Below, in pieces: positions 56,906 through 64,000 of a stretch of DNA of 64,000 bases. A program made the translations under genes and the position numbers. The DNA comes from Candidatus Desulfobulbus rimicarensis (GTDB lineage: Bacteria; Desulfobacterota; Desulfobulbia; Desulfobulbales; Desulfobulbaceae): positions 905 to 64,904 of the forward strand of contig RKSL01000011.1 in the NCBI GenBank assembly GCA_008633435.1, read 5' to 3'. Each line of letters begins with the position of its first letter. The stretch's first letter is position 1. The notes beneath the pieces were generated by a model. It did no database searches, had not been told where the DNA came from, and saw nothing but the letters and a program-made list of their open reading frames with translations.

Positions 56906-57976
56906 ATGACCCTTCTGATATTTTTTTTCTGTATGTCCATTGGTTTTTCTTTTCTCTGTTCCATCTGGGAAGCGGTGTTGTTATGCATCACTCCAGCCTT
57001 TATCAATACGCTGCTCAAGGAAAAACCTGCTCTTGGCGAGCGGGTTCAGGTGTTTAAGGCAGAAGTTGACCGTCCTCTTTCGGCGATTTTGAGCTTGAAT
57101 ACCATGGCGCATACTGTGGGCGCGATTGGGGTAGGGGTGCAGGCCGGGAAAGTTTTTGGCACCCATACACTGTCTCTTGGTTTGGTGCAGATCAGTTATG
57201 AATCAATTATTGCCGGATTAATGACCCTGGCAATCCTGGTACTCTCAGAAATAATTCCCAAGACCATTGGTGCAAATTACTGGAAAGAGTTAACCCCGTT
57301 CACCATGGCTGCCGTCACCATTCTCATGGTCGTGCTCAAACCCCTGGTCTGGTTGAGCCAGTGGATCACCAAACATTTAAAAAAGGACAAGAACCAGAGT
57401 GTGCTGAGTCGTGCAGATTTCGCGGCATTTGCCGAGGTTGGAGTCAAGAGTGGAGCAATAAACCAGAATGAATCACGGATTATTAGCAATTTGCTAGCAT
57501 TGCAGACTGTCCCGGCCTCAGCCATTATGACACCCCGATCAGTGATGGTTACGGCAGATGAAGGCTGGAGTGCAGATACATTTTGTCAGAAAAAAGGGAC
57601 AGCAGCTTTTTCAAGAATCCCACTGTACCATGAAGAACCCGACAATATTACAGGGTTTGTCCTTCGTGATGAAATCCTGCGCTGCGTGGCTGAAGATCGG
57701 GGAGAAACGCTTCTTTCAGATTTGAAACGGCCTGTTCCTGCGGTGGTTCCGGCTATACTGCTCCCTGATCTGCTGGATATGCTTCTGGAGAAGAGGAGTC
57801 ATCTTGCTGTGGTCGTGGATGAATTTGGCAGTGTCCTGGGCTTGGTCACCATGGAGGATGTGCTGGAAACTCTGCTGGGGATAGAAATTGTTGATGAAAC
57901 AGATACTGATGTCGATTTACAGGTATTGGCCCGCAGGAAATGGGAAGAACGTGCCCGTCAACATGGCCTTGATTGA
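56906..57976 (+). CDS. CNNM/DUF21 transmembrane protein with a CBS pair (CorB/HlyC-like)
   Basis: Four N-terminal TM helices with 'SEIIPKTIG', then a tandem CBS region ('IMTPRS...', 'HLAVVVDEFGSVLGLVTMEDVLE'). Confidence 0.8.
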   Translation: MTLLIFFFCMSIGFSFLCSIWEAVLLCITPAFINTLLKEKPALGERVQVFKAEVDRPLSAILSLNTMAHTVGAIGVGVQAGKVFGTHTLSLGLVQISYESIIAGLMTLAILVLSEIIPKTIGANYWKELTPFTMAAVTILMVVLKPLVWLSQWITKHLKKDKNQSVLSRADFAAFAEVGVKSGAINQNESRIISNLLALQTVPASAIMTPRSVMVTADEGWSADTFCQKKGTAAFSRIPLYHEEPDNITGFVLRDEILRCVAEDRGETLLSDLKRPVPAVVPAILLPDLLDMLLEKRSHLAVVVDEFGSVLGLVTMEDVLETLLGIEIVDETDTDVDLQVLARRKWEERARQHGLD

Positions 57977-58049
57977 AGGCTGGAGGATTGAGGGCGTGTC
58001 GTCAGTATTGAATGTATTAACAACCCTTGACGTGATGAATGGAGGAAAT

Positions 58050-59216
58050 ATGAAAAAAAGTATTGCGGTGTTGTGTCTGCTGTTGTTTTCAGCTTCGTTT
58101 TCCCTGGCTGCAGAGCCTGTAAAAATTGGCATGATTACTACTCTGTCGACCAAGGCCGGGTATCTGGGGGAAGATATCCGTGACGGCTTTAAACTGGCCA
58201 TTGCCATGGAACAGGGCAAACTTGGCGGTGTGCCGGTGGAGCTTCTGGTGGACGATGATGGCCGAAAACCGGAAAAGGGTCGTCAGATTGCCGAGCGGTT
58301 TATTAAAAAAGAACATGCTCACATCCTGACAGGAATCGTGTTCTCCAACGTGGCCATGGCTGTTGTTCCCAAGGTCGTGAAGCAGGGAGTGTATTACATA
58401 AGTCCAAATGCCGGGCCTTCTCGTCTTGCCGGTAAGGGATGTGATCCCCGTTATTTCAATGTGGCCTGGCAAAATGATAATCTCTCAGAGGTGGTTGGCC
58501 AGTATGTAAAAAACAAAGGATATACAAATGTCTATCTGCTGGCACCAAACTATCCGGCAGGAAAGGATGCGCTGGCCGGGTTTAAACGATTTTACAAGGG
58601 GAAAATTGCCGGAGAAGTGTATACCACCCTTGGTCAGTCCGATTATGCCGCTGAGCTGGCAACCCTTCGTGCAGCAAAACCAGATGCGGTATTTTTCTTT
58701 CTTCCCGGTGGCATGGGGATCAACTTTTTAAAACAGTATGCCCAGGCAGGCTTAAAAGAGAGTATTGATGTCTTTGGTCCGGCATTTTCTTTTGATGAAC
58801 GCATATTAAACGCTGTAGGTGACGCTGCCGTTGGCGTTGTCAACGGCTCTCAGTGGTCAGTGGATCTTGACACGCCTGCAAATAAAGAGTTTGTTGACGC
58901 ATTTATTAAAGCCTATGGCCGCACCCCGACCCTGTATGCCAGTCAGGGCTATGATGATGCCCGCTTGATTGGATCTGCATTGCGGGCGGTTAAGGGGGAT
59001 ATGGCAAAACTTGAAGAGTTTGGTGCAGCCCTTGAAAAGGCAGATTTTGTCTCTGTTCGAGGTGCATTTCGGTTTGGGGCGAACCATCATCCAATCCAGG
59101 ATATTTATGTCCGGCAAGTTGTTAAGGATACGACAGGCAGGATTACCAACCGTATTTTATCAAAGGTATTTACCGACCATCAGGATGCTTATGCCGCAGA
59201 GTGCAGGATGCAGTAA
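58050..59216 (+). CDS. ABC transporter substrate-binding protein, branched-chain amino acid (LivK/PF13458-like), paralogue 1
   Basis: Signal peptide MKKSIAVLCLLLFSASFSLA, then 'PVKIGMITTLSTKAGYLGEDIRDG'. A GGAGG Shine-Dalgarno precedes it. The start is taken at the internal Met of the track ORF. Confidence 0.85.
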   Translation: MKKSIAVLCLLLFSASFSLAAEPVKIGMITTLSTKAGYLGEDIRDGFKLAIAMEQGKLGGVPVELLVDDDGRKPEKGRQIAERFIKKEHAHILTGIVFSNVAMAVVPKVVKQGVYYISPNAGPSRLAGKGCDPRYFNVAWQNDNLSEVVGQYVKNKGYTNVYLLAPNYPAGKDALAGFKRFYKGKIAGEVYTTLGQSDYAAELATLRAAKPDAVFFFLPGGMGINFLKQYAQAGLKESIDVFGPAFSFDERILNAVGDAAVGVVNGSQWSVDLDTPANKEFVDAFIKAYGRTPTLYASQGYDDARLIGSALRAVKGDMAKLEEFGAALEKADFVSVRGAFRFGANHHPIQDIYVRQVVKDTTGRITNRILSKVFTDHQDAYAAECRMQ

Positions 59217-59226
59217 AGGCTGGTTA

Positions 59227-59392
59227 GTGTCTGTTCAAAAATGAGGATTTTTGTTCGAGGTCAGGTAAGCGACCGACAGGAGACTCCGAGGATTGCGAAA
59301 AAAATAAGCGCAGGCATATGGTTGATATTCCAAGCATTATTTTTTGAGCATGACGCAGAGATCGGACACAAAGACCATTTTGGGACAGGCAC
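59227..59392 (-). mobile_element. MITE-like palindromic element, copy B (inverted relative to copy A)
   Basis: The ends GTGTCTGTTCAA ... TGGGACAGGCAC match the terminal inverted repeats of copy A. Perfect 6-bp direct repeats TGGTTA flank it at 59221-59226 and 59393-59398. Shared cores include CTCTGCGTCATGCTCAAAAAATA and ATATGCCTGCGCTT. Confidence 0.75.
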
Positions 59393-59452
59393 TGGTTAAC
59401 ATGCATCTGGTCGCAGATGATCTCATCGATGTTCAAGCACAAGAGTGAACCA

Positions 59453-60622
59453 ATGAAGAATATTTACCGTGTTGTGCCTGTTTTTTTCTCTATACTTTTT
59501 TTCTGCCTGCCCGCATTGGCTCAGGAACCGGTGAAAATTGGCATGATAACCACCCTGTCCACCAAGGCTGGCTATCTGGGTGAGGAAATACGAGATGGTT
59601 TTAAACTGGCCATGGAGCTTGAAGACGGTAAGCTCGGCGGTATCCCGGTCGAGCTGATCATCGGCGACGATGCCAGAAAACCTGAGAAAGGCCGCCAGAT
59701 TGCCAAGCGGTTCATTGAACGTGATCATGTCCAGATTCTGACCGGTATTGCCTTTTCCAATGTGGCCATGGCTGTTGTTCCCAAGGTTGTCAGGCAGGGG
59801 GTCTTTTACATCAGTCCGCTTTCGGGCACTTCGTTCTTTGCCGGTAAAGGCTGCAGCGAGAATTTTTTTAATGTTGCCTGGCAGACAGATAATCTCTCTG
59901 AAGTTATTGGTCATTATGCCACAGAACAGGGGTATAAAAATGTATATATTATTGCCCCGAACTACATAGCAGGAAAGGATAATGTTGCAGGATTTAAACG
60001 GTTTTATAAGGGAAACATAGCTGCTGAGGTCTACACATCTTTGGGGCAGGCCGACTATGCGGCCGAACTGGCGGCATTGCGTGCGGCAAAACCTGATGCC
60101 GTCTATTTCTTTCTGCCAGGTGGTATGGGCATTAACTTTTTAAAGCAGTATGCCCAGGCCGGTTTGAGCGGGCATATTCCACTCATGGGGCCCGCAGCAA
60201 CAGATGAACGGCTGCTTAAGGCAGTGGGCAAAGCCGCAGAAGGCGTGATAAACTCTTCCCAGTGGAGTGCAGATTTCAATAACCCGGCAAACGTGACCTT
60301 TGTTGCGGCGTTTAAGAAAAAATATGGCCGTATCCCGACCCTGTTTGCCTCCCAGGGGTATGACGCTGCCCGCTTAATCGGTTCAGCATTACGTGAAGTC
60401 GGGGGTGATGTTGCACGCGAAAAGAAATTTCGAACAGCCCTTGAACACGCTGATTTTGCAAGCGTGAGGGGTGCTTTTCGTTTTGGGGCAAACCATTTTC
60501 CCATTCAGGATTACTATGTTCGTGAAGTGGTAAAAAATACAGATGGCGACTTTACAAACACGTTGTTGAAAAAAGTCTTTAATGATCACCAGGATGCCTA
60601 TGTGAGGGAATGTGTTCGCTGA
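59453..60622 (+). CDS. ABC transporter substrate-binding protein, branched-chain amino acid (LivK-like), paralogue 2
   Basis: About 70% identical (by eye) to paralogue 1 along its whole length. Has a signal peptide, and the start is at MKNIYRV. Confidence 0.85.
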   Translation: MKNIYRVVPVFFSILFFCLPALAQEPVKIGMITTLSTKAGYLGEEIRDGFKLAMELEDGKLGGIPVELIIGDDARKPEKGRQIAKRFIERDHVQILTGIAFSNVAMAVVPKVVRQGVFYISPLSGTSFFAGKGCSENFFNVAWQTDNLSEVIGHYATEQGYKNVYIIAPNYIAGKDNVAGFKRFYKGNIAAEVYTSLGQADYAAELAALRAAKPDAVYFFLPGGMGINFLKQYAQAGLSGHIPLMGPAATDERLLKAVGKAAEGVINSSQWSADFNNPANVTFVAAFKKKYGRIPTLFASQGYDAARLIGSALREVGGDVAREKKFRTALEHADFASVRGAFRFGANHFPIQDYYVREVVKNTDGDFTNTLLKKVFNDHQDAYVRECVR

Positions 60623-60784
60623 AAATGGCTGCTGTCTGCGTTTGAGATATCAGCACCATTGTCACTGGGATAAACCAGTATCGCTGGAGCATAATCGCCA
60701 GCCACAAAAAGCTATGAACGTCAGTCACTGCGGCGTGGCACGTTTGTAAATGTTGCGACTTTCGGACAAAGGGGTGGTCACGTA

Positions 60785-61699
60785 ATGCTTGTCCTTGAAC
60801 AAATTTTAAACGGCCTTCAGCTCGGAGTGATGCTCTTTTTGATGTCTGCCGGGTTGACCCTTGTTTTCGGAATCATGCAGGTGGTTAATCTTGCCCATGG
60901 CAGTTTCTATATGATCGGGGCTTATGTGGCTGCTACAGTTGCTCTGAAAACGGGTTCTTTCCTGCTTGGCCTGCTGGCGGCACTTCCTGCTGCAGCACTC
61001 GCCGGGATGGTGGTCGAGGTACTTATTTTACGTAAACTCTACCACAGGGATCACCTTGATCAGGTACTGGCAACCTTTGGTTTGATCTTTTTTTTTAATG
61101 AACTCATCAGGATTATCTGGGGTCGACAACCGCTGTTTATGGATGTCCCGGACTGGCTTTCAGGTTCTGTAGAGTTGTTTTCCGCCATTCATTATCCGGT
61201 CTACAGGCTGGCAATCATTGGCGTGGGCATTGGTGTGGCCCTGTTTTTGTACCTGCTCTTTTCCCGTACCCGCCTTGGCATGCAGATCAGAGCCGGGGCG
61301 ACCAACCGAGAGATGGTGGCAGCCTGTGGTGTGAATATCCGTCTCCTCTATACCCTCATTTTCGGGCTGGGTACTCTGCTTGCCGGACTGGCAGGAGTTA
61401 TGGCCGGGCCGATTCTGGCGGTTGAGGCGGGCATGGGGGAGTCGGTGTTGATTCTTACCTTTGTGGTTATTGTGATCGGCGGCATCGGATCGGTGCGAGG
61501 CGCACTCATTGGAGCTGTTCTTGTGGGGCTGGTCGACACCCTGGCTCGCTCGTTTCTGCCCGGATTTTTCCGATTTTTTCTGGAGTCCTCATCTGCCTCT
61601 GACAGAATGGGGGCAGCACTTGCCTCCATGTCTGTCTATATTTTTATGGCGCTGATTCTTACTTTCAAACCTGCCGGACTTTTCCCGGTGACTGAGTAA
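60785..61699 (+). CDS. livH: branched-chain amino acid ABC transporter permease
   Basis: 304-aa polytopic ORF that opens 'QILNGLQLGVMLFLMSAGLTLVFG', typical of LivH. Confidence 0.85.
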   Translation: MLVLEQILNGLQLGVMLFLMSAGLTLVFGIMQVVNLAHGSFYMIGAYVAATVALKTGSFLLGLLAALPAAALAGMVVEVLILRKLYHRDHLDQVLATFGLIFFFNELIRIIWGRQPLFMDVPDWLSGSVELFSAIHYPVYRLAIIGVGIGVALFLYLLFSRTRLGMQIRAGATNREMVAACGVNIRLLYTLIFGLGTLLAGLAGVMAGPILAVEAGMGESVLILTFVVIVIGGIGSVRGALIGAVLVGLVDTLARSFLPGFFRFFLESSSASDRMGAALASMSVYIFMALILTFKPAGLFPVTE

Positions 61700-61704
61700 G
61701 CAGG

Positions 61705-62694
61705 TTGATGGCTGTTAAACGCATTATCCTGGGTGCAATAGCATTGGGTTTTCTGGCGACGCTTCCTGTTCTGCTTGAATACTCTGGCCAGCAATACCTG
61801 CTGTCCCTTGCCACCAGAGTGTTAATCTATGGGCTTGCCGCATCAAGCCTTAATCTCATACTCGGCTATGGCGGCATGGTCAGTCTTGGCCATGCCGCGT
61901 TCATGGGTATTGGTGCCTATACCATGGGAATCCTCGCTTTTCACAGCTACGAAAAGCTGCCGATTATATCTATGTTTCCGCAGTTCACGGGGTCTGTGGA
62001 TGCGTTAATAGTCTGGCCGGTTGCGATGATTTTTGCCTGTCTATTTGCTCTGTGTACAGGGGCGATCAGTCTGCGTACCCGGGGGATGCATTTTATTATG
62101 ATCACCCTGGCATTTGCCCAGATGGTTTTTTTCTTTTTCACCTCCCTTGACACCTATGGTGGCAGCGATGGTATTTCCCTGTATGGCCGTAATGCCCTGC
62201 TCGGGTTTGATCTGGGGGATGATCAGCAGTTTTATTATCTCTGCCTTGGTCTGCTTCTCGGTTTTCTATACCTGATGCACAGATTGACCGGTTCACGTTT
62301 TGGCAGGGTGTTGATCGGCAGCCGGGAAAATGAACAACGTCTGGAGGTGTTGGGCTTTTCCCCTTTTGGTTATCGGCTGCTCAGTTACTGTATTGCCGGC
62401 AGCGTTGCCGGGCTGGCAGGGGCGCTGTTGGCCAATCAGGGTGAGTTTGTCAGCCCGGGGATGATTCACTGGACCCGTTCCGGTGAAATCATGGTTATGG
62501 TTTTGCTGGGCGGTATGGGAAGTCTTGTCGGGCCAACCCTGGGAGCAGCGGTTTTACTCTTCCTGGAAGAATACCTGGCCATGTACACGGAACACTGGAT
62601 GGTTATTCTGGGGCCTTTTCTTATTCTGGTCGTCCTCTTTGGCAGAGGCGGCCTCTATGGGCTGCTTTTTGACAGGGGAAAGCACCGTGGCTGA
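61705..62694 (+). CDS. livM: branched-chain amino acid ABC transporter permease
   Basis: 329-aa polytopic ORF with 'LNLILGYGGMVSLGHAAFMGIGAY', typical of LivM. Confidence 0.85.
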   Translation: MMAVKRIILGAIALGFLATLPVLLEYSGQQYLLSLATRVLIYGLAASSLNLILGYGGMVSLGHAAFMGIGAYTMGILAFHSYEKLPIISMFPQFTGSVDALIVWPVAMIFACLFALCTGAISLRTRGMHFIMITLAFAQMVFFFFTSLDTYGGSDGISLYGRNALLGFDLGDDQQFYYLCLGLLLGFLYLMHRLTGSRFGRVLIGSRENEQRLEVLGFSPFGYRLLSYCIAGSVAGLAGALLANQGEFVSPGMIHWTRSGEIMVMVLLGGMGSLVGPTLGAAVLLFLEEYLAMYTEHWMVILGPFLILVVLFGRGGLYGLLFDRGKHRG

Positions 62695-63442
62695 ACCTCT
62701 GCTTACTCTTGATAGCCTTGGCAAATCGTTTGGGGCTCTGCAGGTTTGTGACCGGGTCAGTTTTGATGTCTTTACCGGCGAGCTGCATGCCTTGATTGGC
62801 CCCAATGGTGCCGGGAAAACGACCCTGCTCAACCTGGTCACCGGGTTATTGCCTGCAAGCCAAGGCGATTTATGGTTTAACGGGCAGCGGATAACTTCAT
62901 ATTCAGTGGCTAAACGGGCCCGATTGGGGATGGCCAGATCGTTTCAGATTACTTCGCTTTTTCCAGCCTTTACCGTGCAGGAGAATGTCTCCCTTGCCGT
63001 ACAGGCGGTGCAGGGGAGCAGCTATCGATTCTGGCAGCGGGCAGCAAATAATACGACATTGCAGCAGGCAGCAGCTGCAATCATTAACCGGGTCGGACTC
63101 AGGCAGCGGTCAGAAGTCATCGCCTCAAGTCTTGCCCATGGTGAGCAACGCCTGCTCGAAATGGGGATGGCTCTGGCCACAGCGCCGGAACTGCTTTTGC
63201 TCGATGAACCGATGGCAGGTCTTGGGCCGGGCAGTTCAAGAACGCTTGCGACAATGATTCAGGGGCTGAAGGGCGATGTTACTATTTTACTTATCGAACA
63301 TGATATGGAAGCGGTTTTTTCGCTGGCGGATCGGATTACTGTGCTTGACCAGGGACGTGTCGTTGCCACTGGCACACCTGAGCAGATACGCAAGAACCCG
63401 GTGGTGCAGGATGTGTATCTAGGTACGGCATGCTTGATTTAA
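62687..63442 (+). CDS. livG: branched-chain amino acid ABC transporter ATP-binding protein
   Basis: A GTG start overlaps the livM stop by 8 nt. Walker A 'GPNGAGKTT', signature 'LAHGEQRLLEM' and Walker B 'LLLDEP' are present. Confidence 0.85.
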   Translation: MAEPLLTLDSLGKSFGALQVCDRVSFDVFTGELHALIGPNGAGKTTLLNLVTGLLPASQGDLWFNGQRITSYSVAKRARLGMARSFQITSLFPAFTVQENVSLAVQAVQGSSYRFWQRAANNTTLQQAAAAIINRVGLRQRSEVIASSLAHGEQRLLEMGMALATAPELLLLDEPMAGLGPGSSRTLATMIQGLKGDVTILLIEHDMEAVFSLADRITVLDQGRVVATGTPEQIRKNPVVQDVYLGTACLI

Positions 63443-64000
63443 CTGATATTGAAACCTGTTACGGCAATGCCCGTGCCCTTTATCGCGCTTCCCTTCATGT
63501 GGGCGCAGGAGAGGTCGTTGCCCTGATGGGAAGAAATGGTATGGGGAAAACCACGGTTATTCGGTCTATAATGGGCTTGACTCCTCCAAACAGGGGAACG
63601 GTCTCTTTTCAGGGCAGACTCATCCATACGTTGTCACCGTATAAAATCGCCCGCATGGGTATAGGGTTGGTGCCTGAGGGCAGGCAGATTTTTCCCACGT
63701 TAACGGTTCGTGAAACGTTGCTGGCAGTTGCGGCAAATTATACCGGCAGCCCTGATCCCTACACCATGGAGCGGGTGTTCGCTATATTCCCCAGATTAAA
63801 AGAGCGGGTTAACCATCTTGGCCGCGAGCTTTCCGGTGGTGAGCAGCAAATGCTTGCCATTGCCCGTGCCCTGATGATCAATCCGTCCCTGCTGCTCCTT
63901 GATGAGGCCACCGAAGGATTGGCACCTATTTTATGCCGTGAGATCTGGCAGGGGTTGAAACTGCTCAAAGAACGCGGCATGTCTCTTCTGGTGGTTGATA
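63430..64000 (+). CDS. livF: branched-chain amino acid ABC transporter ATP-binding protein (3' end outside the window)
   Basis: My own translation from ATG 63430 gives MLDLTDIETCYGN...'GRNGMGKTT'...'LSGGEQQMLAIARAL'...'LLLDEATEGL'. The frame is open to the window edge and is absent from the ORF track because no stop is reached. Confidence 0.85.
   Translation, partial: MLDLTDIETCYGNARALYRASLHVGAGEVVALMGRNGMGKTTVIRSIMGLTPPNRGTVSFQGRLIHTLSPYKIARMGIGLVPEGRQIFPTLTVRETLLAVAANYTGSPDPYTMERVFAIFPRLKERVNHLGRELSGGEQQMLAIARALMINPSLLLLDEATEGLAPILCREIWQGLKLLKERGMSLLVVD

Noticed and set aside
59224-59442. 72-aa minus-strand ORF between the livK paralogues
   Set aside because: It lies almost wholly within the MITE-like repeat. 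The homologous copy at 19.8 kb does not conserve the frame.

Overview
This is a densely coding 64-kb chromosomal segment with about 65 CDS and roughly 50% GC by eye. I saw no rRNA, tRNA, CRISPR array, prophage, transposase or integrase. All calls rest on reading motifs in the supplied translations and on the DNA itself; no homology search was run.

The gene content looks like the core genome of a sulfate- or sulfur-metabolising Desulfobacterota, possibly Desulfobulbales-like. That placement is an inference from dsrA-dsrB-dsrD, a split F0 atpI-atpI-atpB-atpE cluster, a UbiD-type decarboxylase, an AcsE-like methyltransferase and a CooT homologue.

Housekeeping blocks, in order:
- hisC, gatA and gatC
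- dnaG, rpoD and dprA
- rpe and pgi
- dsrABD
- birA and kpsF
- secDF
- trxA, trxB and hemL
- rimO, an IHF-like gene, rluB and a ubiD-family gene
- rmuC, cbpM and cbpA
- aroK, aroC and glgA
- gap, an alpha carbonic anhydrase and a class II DAHP synthase
- a liv-type ABC transporter with two tandem binding-protein paralogues

Observations most worth a second look:
1. A 796-aa single-pass membrane protein (20607-22997, minus strand). Its N-terminus reads as a ubiquitin E2/UEV-like (UBC-fold) domain without the catalytic Cys, followed by an acidic linker, one TM helix and TPR-like repeats. No E1, Ubl or JAB partner is nearby. It is transcribed divergently from a Cys-motif/DUF4388 protein across an AT-rich 417-bp spacer.
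2. Two copies of a roughly 170-bp palindromic MITE-like element (19811-19983 and 59227-59392, in opposite orientation). Both have 12-bp terminal inverted repeats, and each is flanked by a perfect 6-bp direct repeat. One copy sits exactly on the kpsF stop codon and regenerates it.
3. An orphan CooT-like nickel chaperone paired with a small His-tailed helical protein. An orphan larB, an AcsE-like methyltransferase gene and a second small His-tailed protein also lie elsewhere in the window.
4. An rpoD whose N-terminus lacks a normal acidic region 1.1 and carries an Arg-rich RR/DRR motif instead.

Nothing here can be called a complete new multi-gene system from sequence alone. The E2-like/DUF4388 locus is the best candidate.
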